Shown here in pieces: positions 38,016-48,859 of a stretch of DNA of 64,000 nucleotides. Source of the DNA: an uncultured Pseudomonadota bacterium. Lineage in GTDB: Bacteria > Vulcanimicrobiota > Vulcanimicrobiia > Eremiobacterales > Eremiobacteraceae. Each line of letters begins with the position of its first letter. The stretch's first letter is position 1. Made by a program: the position numbers and the translations under genes. The notes under the pieces are model-generated. The model did not search any database. It was not told the origin of the DNA and saw nothing but the letters and a program-made list of their open reading frames with translations. The stretch covers positions 992,001 to 1,056,000 of the forward strand of contig CAVTNB010000001.1 of the NCBI GenBank assembly GCA_963736005.1, read 5' to 3'.

Positions 38016-41000
38016 ATGCGTACGTCATCTTTCGTGGCACGCTTCGCGCTCGCCACCATTTTTATCGTAGCGTTCTGTGGCGCAGCAACGCCGGGCACCA
38101 AACCTCATCCGGCGGCTAGTCCAACCCCGAATCCCGTGTACGGGCGCCTGCGGTGGCGCGAGGTTGGACCTGCAGCTGGCGGCGGTCGTGTGAGCTCGGT
38201 CGCAGGCATCGCCAGCGATCCGTTTCTTTATTACCTCGGCGCTGCGGGCGGCGGCGTTTGGAAGAGCGACGACGGCGGAGCCAGCTGGAACCCCGTTTTC
38301 GACAAGCAAGACACGCAAGCAATCGGCGCCGTCGCCATCGATCCCCAAAACGAGAAAGTCGTGTGGGTCGGCACCGGCGAGGCCAATCCTCGCAACGATG
38401 TCATGTACGGCGATGGCCTTTACAAGTCAACGGATGGCGGCGATACCTGGCAAAAAGTTGGCCTGCAGAATACACGGTATATTTCGCGCATTGCGATCAA
38501 TCCAAAGAACCCAAACATTGTGGTGGTCGCCGCCTTTGGTGACTTCTTTGCCGATAGCCAGTACGGCGGCATCTACCGAACCGATGATGGTGGCAAAACG
38601 TGGAAGCAGACGCTGTACGTCGGTCCGCAAACCGGCGGCTCCGATCTCGCCATGGACCCGAACAACCCAAACATCGTCTTTGCCGGGTTGTGGCAGTTTC
38701 GGCGCGTGCCCTGGAGTTTTGCCAGCGGCGGACCGGACGATGGGCTGTATCGTTCGAGCGACGGGGGAAAGACGTGGGCGAAACTGACGGGTCACGGCTT
38801 GCCGGATGGCTTGATGGGTCGCATTGGTCTTGCGATCGCGCCCAGCAACTCGAAGCGCGTGTATGCCTTGATCCAATCGAAGTCAGGCATCTTGTGGCGC
38901 TCGGATGATGGCGGCACGACGTGGCATCTGATGACGGGTGACACCCTTGTCGATCAGCGGCCGTTTTATTTCACACACATTGCCGTCGACTCGTCGAATC
39001 CGGATCGTGTCTGGGCTGTATCAGAGCTGCTTTCGCAGAGCAAGAACGGCGGTAAGACGTTCGCGAAGGTTGCAGAAGACAGCGTGCACGTGGACTATCA
39101 CGCCATTTGGATCGCACCCAATAATCCAAAACGCATCATGGTCGGCGAAGACGGTGGCTACGCGCTCAGCGTCAATGGGGGCGACACCTGGTCGTTTTCT
39201 CGTAATCTTGCGATCGGAGAAGTTTACCACGTCGGGTTCGACGACCGCAATCCGTATCACGTGTGCGCGCCGTTGCAAGACAACAACGCGTACTGTGGGC
39301 CTTCCAATAGTCTGGACGGGAACGGCATTCTCAACTCGATGTGGGACCGGGTTGTCGGGGGCGACGGCATGTGGGCTGTTCCCGACCCATCAGACTGGCA
39401 GCGCGTCTGGACAGACCTGCAAACTGGCAACATTGGGATTTGGGACGAGCGCACGCGCTACACGCTCTACGTGAATCCTTATTTCGAGTCGAGCGCGGCG
39501 GACTTCGCCATCGATGCGCAGCCGTATCGCTTCAACTGGGATTCGCCCATTGGCATTGCCCCGTGGGACGCTCACACCGTGTGGGTTGGGGGCAATGTCA
39601 TTTTCCAGACCAAAGACGATGGCATGCATTGGAGTGCGATCAGCCCCGATCTGACCCGCAATGTCAAGTCGCACCAGCAGCCGGCCGGCGGTCCGATCAG
39701 CCTCGACGTGTCGAGTGCGGAGTATTCCGATACGCTGCTCGACATCGAAGGTTCGACGTTCGCAACCGGCGAGATATGGGTTGGCACAGACGATGGCCTC
39801 GTGCAACTCACGCGCGACGGCGGACAGCATTGGACCAATGTGACCCCCGCAGGGACGCCCGAATTTGCCCGCGTGGAAACCGTTGCTCCGTCGGCCATCA
39901 ATGACGGCACGGCGTATGCGATCTTCGACGACCACCGCGATGGCAACTATAAGCCATACGTTTACGCAACGACTGACTTCGGGAAGACTTGGAACAAAAT
40001 CGTCAATGGACTCCCGCCCAACGACTACGTGCGCACGGTGCGCCCTGACACTCACAATGCACACCTGTTGTATGCGGGAACCGAGCATGGCATCTGGGTA
40101 TCGTACGACGCCGGCGCCTCGTGGCAAAGCCTCGAGCTCAATCTCCCGGCGACGTCGGTGCGCGACATTCGGATCCAGCCCACGTGGGATGACTTGCTGA
40201 TCGCCACGCACGGTCGCGCACTGTACATTCTCGATAACGTGACGGCGCTCCAGGGATTGGAACAAGCCAAGGCGCAGGGCGCGGAACTTTTCCCCATTCG
40301 AACGGCGTATGAATATCGTTTCCATAGCAACTTGGAGGAGCTCTACACGGAGTATGCAGCGCCGAATCCGCCCAATGGCGCGATCGTCGACTTTTACCAA
40401 GCGAAGCCACAGACGGCCACACCGCAGGTCGACATCCTCGACGCATCGGGCACCGTCATCCGCACGATCTCTGGCACGCACAAAGTGAATGGGCATGACG
40501 TACCGTATGTGAGCAACAATCCAAGTTTAAATCGTGTCGTGTGGGACTTTCACGAAAACGGCCCCGTTCTTTGGATGGGAGCGCCAAACGAGGATGCTCG
40601 AGGGCCGCTGGTTGGTGCGCTCGGGCCGCCTGGCCTGTACACCGTGCGCATCAGCCTTAATGGGAAAGCCCAGACTCAAACGGCAACGGTCAAGCCAGAT
40701 CCGCGATTCGCCTGGACGCAGGCCGACTATCAAGCGGCTTACGATTTCCAACATTCTCATTTTGCCGAGTACTCGAACGTCGATGCAGCGTTGAACGCGC
40801 TTGATGCCGTAAAAAAAGGGCTGGACGCCGCGCGCTTGGCGTTGCAAAAGAGCGGGAAGGCCGCGCCAGTCACGCAGTTGGACAGCGTGGCGTCGGCCAG
40901 GGAGACGCTCTTTAGCAAATTGACAGCCAATTTCCACAACGACGAGGATTCGATCACTCGGCCGGGGGCGCTGCGCGAAGATCTTGAGGGATTTTTGGAC

Positions 41001-41180
41001 TTCCGTGGTGGGGATCCGCCCACGCCGGCGCTGTTGCACATTGCGGCCACCATCGACGAGCACTACCGCAACGTCATGGCCGAGTATAACGACTTTGCGA
41101 AATCGGTGAGTGCGCTCAATGCGGCGCTTCGGTCTGCAGGAGTAAAGGAAATATCGGTTCCACCAACCATCACGCCCTAG
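38016..41180 (+). CDS. Secreted BNR/Asp-box (VPS10-like) beta-propeller protein, putative glycosyl hydrolase
   Basis: Signal peptide, GP..GGRV, many S/T-x-D-G-G-x-T/S-W boxes, ATHGR. Confidence 0.88.
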   Translation: MRTSSFVARFALATIFIVAFCGAATPGTKPHPAASPTPNPVYGRLRWREVGPAAGGGRVSSVAGIASDPFLYYLGAAGGGVWKSDDGGASWNPVFDKQDTQAIGAVAIDPQNEKVVWVGTGEANPRNDVMYGDGLYKSTDGGDTWQKVGLQNTRYISRIAINPKNPNIVVVAAFGDFFADSQYGGIYRTDDGGKTWKQTLYVGPQTGGSDLAMDPNNPNIVFAGLWQFRRVPWSFASGGPDDGLYRSSDGGKTWAKLTGHGLPDGLMGRIGLAIAPSNSKRVYALIQSKSGILWRSDDGGTTWHLMTGDTLVDQRPFYFTHIAVDSSNPDRVWAVSELLSQSKNGGKTFAKVAEDSVHVDYHAIWIAPNNPKRIMVGEDGGYALSVNGGDTWSFSRNLAIGEVYHVGFDDRNPYHVCAPLQDNNAYCGPSNSLDGNGILNSMWDRVVGGDGMWAVPDPSDWQRVWTDLQTGNIGIWDERTRYTLYVNPYFESSAADFAIDAQPYRFNWDSPIGIAPWDAHTVWVGGNVIFQTKDDGMHWSAISPDLTRNVKSHQQPAGGPISLDVSSAEYSDTLLDIEGSTFATGEIWVGTDDGLVQLTRDGGQHWTNVTPAGTPEFARVETVAPSAINDGTAYAIFDDHRDGNYKPYVYATTDFGKTWNKIVNGLPPNDYVRTVRPDTHNAHLLYAGTEHGIWVSYDAGASWQSLELNLPATSVRDIRIQPTWDDLLIATHGRALYILDNVTALQGLEQAKAQGAELFPIRTAYEYRFHSNLEELYTEYAAPNPPNGAIVDFYQAKPQTATPQVDILDASGTVIRTISGTHKVNGHDVPYVSNNPSLNRVVWDFHENGPVLWMGAPNEDARGPLVGALGPPGLYTVRISLNGKAQTQTATVKPDPRFAWTQADYQAAYDFQHSHFAEYSNVDAALNALDAVKKGLDAARLALQKSGKAAPVTQLDSVASARETLFSKLTANFHNDEDSITRPGALREDLEGFLDFRGGDPPTPALLHIAATIDEHYRNVMAEYNDFAKSVSALNAALRSAGVKEISVPPTITP

Positions 41181-41216
41181 GTTAGGGCGACTTTACCGTT
41201 GCCCACTCCGTACACG

Positions 41217-41873
41217 ATGAACAATCAAATTCGGATTTCCAAGGGCCGGTTTGAGGCATTCAGCGATGGGGTGTTCGCCATTGCGATCACCTTGCTCGTC
41301 CTCGAACTGCCGATTCCAAAGCTCGTTGTCGTCAACGAGGCGACCATGAGTCACGCGCTGTTGGCGCTGTGGCCCCAGTTCCTCGTGTATGTCGCCAGCT
41401 TCGCGACGATCGGCATCATGTGGTTCAACCACTATGCACTCTTCCATTATGCGAAGGATATTTCGTACGCGAGCTTGATCGCAAATCTCGGATTGCTGCT
41501 GTGCATCGCGTTTCTTCCGTATCCGACGTGGTTGTTGGGACAATACGCCCTCGTGCCGGCCGCCGTTTCTTTCTACGGCTCAACGCTTCTTGCAATCTCT
41601 GTCTTGTATGGCATCTTGTGGTACGTCTCGTGCTTGCCGGCCGGAGCGCAAAGCAGCATCGTGGGCTTCCTTCGAACGCGCACCGCGTGGAACACTCTGG
41701 GTCTAGTGGCGTATGCGCTTGGGACTGCTTTTGCTTTTGTCAGTCCGCTGGCGAGCATCGTCCTCTTCGCCGCGATTGCTCTCTTCTATATCTCGCCGGG
41801 GAACGTTCGATGGGCTCTGGCCACGAGTGCCGCGGCTCATGCCGAGACGGCTTCCAAGACCTTGGATCGATAG
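41217..41873 (+). CDS. TMEM175-family potassium channel-like membrane protein
   Basis: RFEAFSDGVFAIAITLLVL, W.NH..LF, FLPYPT. Confidence 0.9.
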   Translation: MNNQIRISKGRFEAFSDGVFAIAITLLVLELPIPKLVVVNEATMSHALLALWPQFLVYVASFATIGIMWFNHYALFHYAKDISYASLIANLGLLLCIAFLPYPTWLLGQYALVPAAVSFYGSTLLAISVLYGILWYVSCLPAGAQSSIVGFLRTRTAWNTLGLVAYALGTAFAFVSPLASIVLFAAIALFYISPGNVRWALATSAAAHAETASKTLDR

Positions 41874-41990
41874 CGATCAAGCCCAGAAAAGGAAAGAGCG
41901 CGAAACTTCCATCCTGGTCCGCGCTCCCCATATTACCAATCGACGAATGAGCCTGCGGCTAGACCGGTTTTGCTCGAAAGGTGAGCGATC

Positions 41991-42608
41991 TCACAGGTGC
42001 GCGAGCTGTTGCAGGCCATCGATGACGAGCTGCACGGAAATCGCTGCCACAATAATGCCCGTGAGGCGTCCCACCGCGTCGACGCCCGTAGGGCCAAGCC
42101 GCTTGGTGAGCCACTGCGATGCGCGCATGGTTACGTACGTAAGAGCAAATACGGCAAGGACGATTGCGAGGAGTACGAGGATCCGCATCGGCTCATCGTG
42201 CGTCTTAGCCCAGGTCGTGACTATTGCGGTCAAGGCTCCAGGACCGCTGATAACAGGTATCGCGAGAGGAAAGACCGATGGGTCTTCGCGAGCTGCGTGC
42301 TTTTGCGCCGACGCATCTTGCGTGTCTGTGTCTTTTGCGAACACCATGTTGAATCCGACTTTGAGCAAGAGCAGGCCGCCTGCGATCTGGAACGCCGGAA
42401 TACCAACTCCGAGCGCTCGCAACACTGCCTCTCCCGCGAAACCGAAAACGATGAGGATGATAGCGGCAACGATCGTCGCGCGTAGCGCGATGGATGCCCT
42501 CGTCGCTTCCGCATCGCTCGCCGTCAGGGTATCGAAGGCTGCAGCGGCTTCCACGGGATTGACCATAACGAGTAGCGTCACGAAACTATAGAACGCGAAA
42601 CCCAGCAT
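41991..42608 (-). CDS. MarC-family membrane protein
   Basis: VNP, FQIAGGLLL, FPLAIP..GPG, RLTGII. Confidence 0.93.
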   Translation of the reverse strand: MLGFAFYSFVTLLVMVNPVEAAAAFDTLTASDAEATRASIALRATIVAAIILIVFGFAGEAVLRALGVGIPAFQIAGGLLLLKVGFNMVFAKDTDTQDASAQKHAAREDPSVFPLAIPVISGPGALTAIVTTWAKTHDEPMRILVLLAIVLAVFALTYVTMRASQWLTKRLGPTGVDAVGRLTGIIVAAISVQLVIDGLQQLAHL

Positions 42609-42703
42609 GGAATTTGGCGTTGGACGAGCACGCCGACAGGTCCGCTGCCGCAGGCTCTAAAAGGTCCATCCCCCCTAGCCCTGCCTCTGTCTGGAGGTCC
42701 GTC

Positions 42704-43585
42704 GTGTTCCCAGCAGCATTCGAGTATCGCCGGGCGCAATCGGTTGAAGAAGCGCTCGCCGCGCTCGCACAATATGGTTCGGATGCCCGCATACTGGCCG
42801 GCGGGCAGAGTCTTATTCCTGCCATGCGCTACCGGCTTGCGCGGCCCGCGCTGCTCGTTGACATCAATCCGATTGTGGCTCTCTCGTACCTAAAGAACGA
42901 CGGCGACAACGCGCTCATTGCCGGCGCCATTGCCCGCGATGCCGAACTTGAAGTCTCGCCGATCGTACAAAAACTTCCACTGCTCGCAGATGTGTCCATC
43001 GTGGTTGCCGATCCCGTCGTTCGCCAGAGCGGCACCGTTGTCGGCAGCCTCTGCCACAACGATCCTGCCGGGGACTGGCCTGTGGCAGCGATCGCGGGGC
43101 GTGCAAGCATCCTCATTCGCGGACCGAAGGGCCAGCGCGTTGTGTCGAGTGACGATTTTCTTGTTGATTCGTACACGACTGCAGTTGGCGAGGGAGAGAT
43201 GGCCGTTGAAGTTCGCTTCCCAAAGCCTCCCGCGCGCACATCAGCCTCATATCAAAAGATCGAGCGCAAGGTGGGCGACTTCGCGACAGCGTGCGCCGGC
43301 GTGCGAATCTCGCTTGCACCCGACGGTACGATAGCCGACGCAAGCGTCGCTATTGGCGCGGTTGGTCCCAAAGCGATGCGTGTTACGGACGCCGAGAAGC
43401 TGCTCCAGGGAGCGAAGCCGTCCAAGGAGCTCATACGCGCGGCGGCTGACGCGGCGCGAAAGCTCGCCGATCCGACGCCTGACAATCGTGGTTCGAAAGA
43501 ATTCAAGAAAGATATGGCAGGCGTGCTTGTGGGGCGCGCGCTCGCGACGACGTTCGAGCGTCTTGGCTTGGGGGGTCTGACATGA
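42704..43585 (+). CDS. coxM: Aerobic CO dehydrogenase medium (FAD) subunit
   Basis: [39 protein letters not shown] before GTG 42704. Confidence 0.92.
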   Translation: MFPAAFEYRRAQSVEEALAALAQYGSDARILAGGQSLIPAMRYRLARPALLVDINPIVALSYLKNDGDNALIAGAIARDAELEVSPIVQKLPLLADVSIVVADPVVRQSGTVVGSLCHNDPAGDWPVAAIAGRASILIRGPKGQRVVSSDDFLVDSYTTAVGEGEMAVEVRFPKPPARTSASYQKIERKVGDFATACAGVRISLAPDGTIADASVAIGAVGPKAMRVTDAEKLLQGAKPSKELIRAAADAARKLADPTPDNRGSKEFKKDMAGVLVGRALATTFERLGLGGLT

Positions 43586-44070
43586 AAATCACACTAACGG
43601 TCAACGGCAGGACGTACGAACGAGATGTTGAGCCACGGACGCTCCTTGTGTACTTCCTGCGCGAACATCTTGGCTTGACCGGCACGCATGTCGGATGCGA
43701 TTCGTCGAGTTGCGGTGTTTGTACGGTTGTGCTCGACGGTACCCGCGCGGTGAAGTCATGCACGATGTTTGCGGTGCAGGCAGACGGCCATGAGGTCACG
43801 ACGATCGAGGGGCTCGCGCAAGGGGGCAAGCTCCATCCCCTCCAGCAGGGTTTCTGGGATCAGCATGGATTGCAATGCGGTTATTGCACCCCGGGCATGA
43901 TGATGACGGCGTACGCGCTGCTCAAACGCAATCCGGCGCCGACCGAGCCGCAAATCCGAGAGGCAATCTCGGGCAATCTGTGCCGGTGCACGGGTTATCA
44001 GAATATTGTCAAGGCGATCGATCAGGCTGCGAAAGAGGCGGCGAAGCCAAAGGAAGCGGTCAAGGCCTAA
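43582..44070 (+). CDS. coxS: Aerobic CO dehydrogenase small (2Fe-2S) subunit
   Basis: [26 protein letters not shown]. Confidence 0.95.
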   Translation: MKITLTVNGRTYERDVEPRTLLVYFLREHLGLTGTHVGCDSSSCGVCTVVLDGTRAVKSCTMFAVQADGHEVTTIEGLAQGGKLHPLQQGFWDQHGLQCGYCTPGMMMTAYALLKRNPAPTEPQIREAISGNLCRCTGYQNIVKAIDQAAKEAAKPKEAVKA

Positions 44071-44082
44071 AGAGGGAGTTTC

Positions 44083-46452
44083 ATGAGCACAACAACCGAC
44101 GGTAGCCCGCAGCGACACTCGATGGGCGTGTCGATGAAGCGCAAAGAAGATTCGCGATTCATCGAGGGCCAGGGCCGCTATGTGGACGACATCAGCATGC
44201 CCAACATGCTTCACCTTGCGCTCGTGCACAGCCCCTACCCCCACGCGCTCATCAAGAACATCGACTCAAGTGCGGCCCTCAAAGTGCCGGGCGTCAAGGC
44301 TGTGCTCACCGGCAAAGATCTCGAGGGTGCGAAGCTCGCATGGATCCCGACCTTCCACGGATATGACAAGCAAATGGTTCTTGCCGTGGGTAAGGTTTTG
44401 TATCAATATCAGGAAGTTGCGGGCGTGGTTGCGGAAACGCGCGAGGCCGCGCACGACGGCGCGGAACTCGTCGACGTGGACTACGAACCGCTCGAACCTG
44501 TGGCTGACCCGTTTACCGCCAAGGCTGACAAAACGATCTTGCGCAACGATCGCGAAAATAAAACCAATCACATCTATCACTGGGAAGTCGGTGATAGATC
44601 CAAGACAGATGCTGCTCTCGCGAAATCCGAGGTGACCATCAAGGAGCGGCTGTGGTTCCAACGCTGCCATCCCGCTCCGTTGGAACCATGCGGCATCATC
44701 GCCGACATGAACAAAGCCACCGGCCGGCTGACGATCTACTTAACGTCGCAGGCGCCGCACGCGCACCGCACGGTCGTGTCGCTCGTCACGGGCATCCCCG
44801 AAGACAAGATTCACATCATCTCGCCTGACATAGGCGGAGGCTTTGGGAACAAGGTGCCGGTGTATCCCGGATACGTGGTAGCCACCGTCGCGTCGGTCGT
44901 CCTCGGCGTGCCGGTGAAGTGGATAGAGACGCGAACGGAAAACCTCACGACCACCGGGTTTGCTCGCGATTACCACATGGACGTCGAGATCGGCGCGAGC
45001 AAGGACGGCAAGCTCGACGCTCTGCGGATTGCGACGACAGCAGACCACGGCGCGTTCGACGCGGCGGCGGATCCCACCAAGTACCCAGCGGGCATGTTCG
45101 GCATCTGCACCGGTTCCTATCATTTCCCAAATGCATTCACCGAGCTCGATGCCTACTTCACGAACAAGGCACCCGGCGGCATCGCATATCGCTGCTCGTT
45201 TCGCGTGACTGAGGCGTCGTACGCCATCGAGCGCTCGATGGACATTCTCGCGAACAAACTCAAGATGGACCCGGCGCAACTGCGTTTGAAGAACTTCATT
45301 CCCAAGGATCAATTCCCATATCAGTCACCGCTTGGGTTCGTGTACGACAGCGGCGACTATCAAGGGACGTTGGATAAAGCGCTCAAGAAGATCGGCTACG
45401 AAGACCTGCGCAAGGAGCAAGCGGAAAAGCGAAAGCGCGGCGAGCTCATGGGCATTGGCATTTCGACCTTCACTGAAGTCGTTGGTGCCGGGCCGAGCAA
45501 GCATTTTGACATCATGGGCATCAAGATGTTCGACAGTGCGGAGATTCGCATCCACCCAACCGGCTCGGGCATCGTTCGCGCGGGCACGAAAAGCCAGGGT
45601 CAAGGTCACGAGACGACGTGGGCGCAGATCGTGGCCGAAGAGCTTGGTCTGGATCCACAAAACCTCATGGTCGAGGAGGGCGATACGGACACCGCGCCCT
45701 ATGGCTTGGGCACGTACGCCAGCCGGAGCACACCGGTCGCCGGCGCGGCCATCGCCATGGCCTCGCGCAAGATTCGCGAGAAGGCCAAAAAGATCGCAGC
45801 CCATATGCTCGAGGTCTCCGAAAACGACATTGATTGGAAAAACTATAAATTCGAGGTCAAGGGTGCACCAGACAAGGCTGTCACGATGCAGCAAGTGGCC
45901 TTCGCCGCATATACCAATCCCGTGCCGGGCAGCGAGCCGGGCCTCGAGGCAACCTATTACTACGATCCTCCGAACCTGACATTTCCCTATGGCGCATACA
46001 TTGCCGTGGTAGACATCGACAAAGAGACGGGCTACGTGAAGGTAAGGCGTTTTCTCGCCATCGACGACTGTGGCACGATCATTAACCCAATGATTGTTGA
46101 AGGGCAGATCCACGGCGGCCTCACCGAAGGCTTTGCCATGGCCTTCATCCAGGAGATCCAATACGACAAAGATGGCAATCACCTCAATCCTAACTTTACC
46201 GAGTACCTAGTACCAACTGCGGTTGAGACGCCACACTGGGAGACAGACAAGACCGTGACGCCGAGTCCGCATCATCCGATTGGCGCCAAGGGGGTGGGCG
46301 AGAGTCCAAACGTTGGATCACCGGCGGCATTCGTCAATGCTGTGATGGATGCGCTTGCGCCGCTCGGTGTCACCCACATCGATATGCCCTTGACTCGCGA
46401 AAAAGTCTGGCGGGCGATCCGTGATTTTGAGTCGCGAACGGCGAAGGTTTAG
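44083..46452 (+). CDS. coxL: Aerobic CO dehydrogenase large (Mo-Cu) subunit, form I
   Basis: Active-site AYRCSFR, GGGFGNK, QGQGHET, GTYASRS, KGVGES; M-S-L gene order. Confidence 0.97.
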   Translation: MSTTTDGSPQRHSMGVSMKRKEDSRFIEGQGRYVDDISMPNMLHLALVHSPYPHALIKNIDSSAALKVPGVKAVLTGKDLEGAKLAWIPTFHGYDKQMVLAVGKVLYQYQEVAGVVAETREAAHDGAELVDVDYEPLEPVADPFTAKADKTILRNDRENKTNHIYHWEVGDRSKTDAALAKSEVTIKERLWFQRCHPAPLEPCGIIADMNKATGRLTIYLTSQAPHAHRTVVSLVTGIPEDKIHIISPDIGGGFGNKVPVYPGYVVATVASVVLGVPVKWIETRTENLTTTGFARDYHMDVEIGASKDGKLDALRIATTADHGAFDAAADPTKYPAGMFGICTGSYHFPNAFTELDAYFTNKAPGGIAYRCSFRVTEASYAIERSMDILANKLKMDPAQLRLKNFIPKDQFPYQSPLGFVYDSGDYQGTLDKALKKIGYEDLRKEQAEKRKRGELMGIGISTFTEVVGAGPSKHFDIMGIKMFDSAEIRIHPTGSGIVRAGTKSQGQGHETTWAQIVAEELGLDPQNLMVEEGDTDTAPYGLGTYASRSTPVAGAAIAMASRKIREKAKKIAAHMLEVSENDIDWKNYKFEVKGAPDKAVTMQQVAFAAYTNPVPGSEPGLEATYYYDPPNLTFPYGAYIAVVDIDKETGYVKVRRFLAIDDCGTIINPMIVEGQIHGGLTEGFAMAFIQEIQYDKDGNHLNPNFTEYLVPTAVETPHWETDKTVTPSPHHPIGAKGVGESPNVGSPAAFVNAVMDALAPLGVTHIDMPLTREKVWRAIRDFESRTAKV

Positions 46453-46468
46453 GGCGAGGCACCGAGGC

Positions 46469-46918
46469 GTGGATCTTCAGTACAAGGGGCAAGAGCAAAT
46501 CCCAGTTAGCAAAGACAAAGTGTGGGCATTCATCAACGATCCGAGTAAGGTTGCCTCATGCCTGCCCGACCTGATCGACGCGCAAGTTCACGACGAGCAC
46601 AATGTGGACGCCACCGTGAAGGTGTCGGTCGGTCCGGTAAGTGGGAAATTCAAATTCAAAATCTCGCTGCTGCCGCGGACTGACGGCAATCACATGGATC
46701 TAAAGATCAGCGGCGGCGGGTTTGGGAGCGTCGTGGACTTGATCGCCGGCGCCGATTTGACAGATAACGGCACGAGCACGACGCTGGATTGGAGCGGCAG
46801 CGCCTCAATGCGCGGTCCGGTGGCAACGGTCGGTGGCCGCGTGCTGGACGCGCAGGCACAGCGCGTCATCAGCACGACTTTTGCCAACGTGAAGGCCAAA
46901 TTGACCGCGGCGGCCTAA
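46469..46918 (+). CDS. coxG: CO dehydrogenase accessory protein CoxG (SRPBCC)
   Basis: VWAFINDP..VASCLP, VKVSVGPV.G.F; follows coxL. Confidence 0.88.
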   Translation: MDLQYKGQEQIPVSKDKVWAFINDPSKVASCLPDLIDAQVHDEHNVDATVKVSVGPVSGKFKFKISLLPRTDGNHMDLKISGGGFGSVVDLIAGADLTDNGTSTTLDWSGSASMRGPVATVGGRVLDAQAQRVISTTFANVKAKLTAAA

Positions 46919-46937
46919 CGGTTGCGCTGGAGCACGG

Positions 46938-47927
46938 ATGCAGTTCTTCGAACAAGTAGCCCAACTCGAGAGGGCACGAGCGACCTTCGCAGTGGCGATT
47001 GTCGTTTCGCGGCGCTCGCCGGTCAGTTCCCATCTCGGCGATCGCGCCATCGTGTATGCCGACGGGCGCATGGAAGGGTTTGTCGGCGGTTCGTGCTCGC
47101 GCGATCTGGTCCGGCGCCATGCGTTACTTGCGCTGCGGACCGGCAAGCCACGCTTGTTGCAAATACGCCCGGACGATGCAGGCGCTCGTGAAACGACGGC
47201 GGCCGATGCCGAGCGCATCGTCGTTCCGATGGGGTGCGCGTCAAACGGGGCGGCCGACGTCTATATCGAACCCCATCTGCCGATGCGTGTGCTCGTCGTG
47301 GTAGGATTTACCCCGGTCGCCCAGGGGCTAGCGCGCTTGGCGGCTGCAACGCAAGATTTTGATGTCGTGCGCGTCGTGAATAATGAAGAGCTGCGTGACG
47401 TCGAACCGGTATCCGGCGTTCGCACGGTTGCGCTTGAGGCGCTTCCCACGTTTCTCGACGAGATGGATCCCGCGGCTCGCGCTCGCCTTGCAGCCATCGT
47501 GGCGTCGCAAGGGCATTATGACGAAATTGCGCTGGAGGCGTTGCTACCATCGCATAGTGGGGCATTCGTCGGACTGCTTGCCAGCCGCAAGCGGGCCGCA
47601 GACGTGCTGGGCATTCTCGCGCAGGCGGGCGTCGCCGCGGATCGACTAGCCCGCGTTCGCAATCCTGTCGGTCTCGACATCGGGGCGCGCAGCGCGTCCG
47701 AGGTCGCTGTGTCCATCCTTGCCGAACTCATTGCGAATGCGCCCGCCATCGCTGACGAGATTCCGGAGCTTGCGACGGATCCCGTGTGCGGCATGGACGT
47801 CGAGGTTGCGACCGCTCGCTGTCGGACCGAGCACGAAGGCCAAGCCTTCTTCTTTTGCGGCGCGGGTTGCCAAGCGACGTTCAATCGGGAGCCCGAACGA
47901 CACGCGAACGCGGCACGGAACTTGTGA
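46938..47927 (+). CDS. coxF: XdhC/CoxF-family Mo-cofactor chaperone with a C-terminal YHS domain
   Basis: GFVGGSC, GC.S.G..DVYIEP, ASRKRA, GLDIGA...EVAVSILAE, DPVCGM..FFFCG.GC. Confidence 0.85.
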   Translation: MQFFEQVAQLERARATFAVAIVVSRRSPVSSHLGDRAIVYADGRMEGFVGGSCSRDLVRRHALLALRTGKPRLLQIRPDDAGARETTAADAERIVVPMGCASNGAADVYIEPHLPMRVLVVVGFTPVAQGLARLAAATQDFDVVRVVNNEELRDVEPVSGVRTVALEALPTFLDEMDPAARARLAAIVASQGHYDEIALEALLPSHSGAFVGLLASRKRAADVLGILAQAGVAADRLARVRNPVGLDIGARSASEVAVSILAELIANAPAIADEIPELATDPVCGMDVEVATARCRTEHEGQAFFFCGAGCQATFNREPERHANAARNL

Positions 47928-48859
47928 TCGCCGACCGCATTCGCGAGCGGTTCGCGCGCCACGGATACATTGTCAACTCGGAGCTTGCCACCGCGCTCGA
48001 ACTCGCGCTCGCACTCGAGAAACCGTTGCTCGTGGAAGGGCCTGCTGGTGTCGGCAAGACCGACAGCGCCAAGGTGCTAGCCGAAGTTTTGGAAACGCGT
48101 CTTATCCGTCTGCAATGCTACGAGGGGCTCGATGCGGCAACCTCGCTCTATGAATGGAACTATCCGAAGCAACTCTTGCGAATCCGGCTCACCGAGAATG
48201 ACGAAGCATCGGTAGAAGCACGAGAAGCGCAAATTTTCAGCGAGTCGTTTCTCTTGCGTCGACCGTTGTTAGAAGCTATTACGCAGGATCGAGCACCTGT
48301 GTTGCTCATCGACGAAGTAGATCGCGCCGACGAGGCATTCGAGGCATTCTTGCTCGAGGTGCTGGGCGAGTTTCAGGTGACGATTCCTGAGGTGGGAACC
48401 ATTCGCGCGCGAGAGCGCCCGGCTGTCGTCTTAACGTCGAACCGCTCGCGTGAGCTCTCCGATGCTTTGCGGCGGCGCTGTTTGTATTTGTGGCTCAACT
48501 ATCCGAGCCGCGCTGAGGAAGTGACGATACTGCGGGCTCGGCTGCCTGGAATCGGCGAGCGTTTGGCCGAGCAAATCGCCCGCTTTATGGAATTCTTGCG
48601 CGAGCAACCCTTTCAAAAAGTGCCCGGCATTGCCGAGAGTTTGGATTGGGCGCGGGCATTGATGCAGCTCCATCGCGAAGCGCTCGACGAAGCAACAATC
48701 CAGCAGACCCTCGGCTGCTTTTTGAAGCTGCAGGAAGATTGGGAGCTGCTCCGTGCGGAGCGCGAGCAATACGGCGCAGCACTCGGGCTAGACAGCGCGA
48801 AGACTGCGGTAGCTGAGAGTGACTATGGTGTTGGGACCGTCCGAGCGCGACGCGGGTAA
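47924..48859 (+). CDS. coxD: MoxR-type AAA+ ATPase CoxD
   Basis: EGPAGVGKT, LQCYEGLD, LLIDEVDRAD, SDALRRRC, PGIAE..DW. GTGA overlap with coxF. Confidence 0.92.
   Translation: MIADRIRERFARHGYIVNSELATALELALALEKPLLVEGPAGVGKTDSAKVLAEVLETRLIRLQCYEGLDAATSLYEWNYPKQLLRIRLTENDEASVEAREAQIFSESFLLRRPLLEAITQDRAPVLLIDEVDRADEAFEAFLLEVLGEFQVTIPEVGTIRARERPAVVLTSNRSRELSDALRRRCLYLWLNYPSRAEEVTILRARLPGIGERLAEQIARFMEFLREQPFQKVPGIAESLDWARALMQLHREALDEATIQQTLGCFLKLQEDWELLRAEREQYGAALGLDSAKTAVAESDYGVGTVRARRG

Noticed and set aside
44083..46452. Xanthine dehydrogenase or form II CoxL
   Set aside because: The motif is AYRCSFR rather than AYRGAGR, and the gene order is M-S-L.
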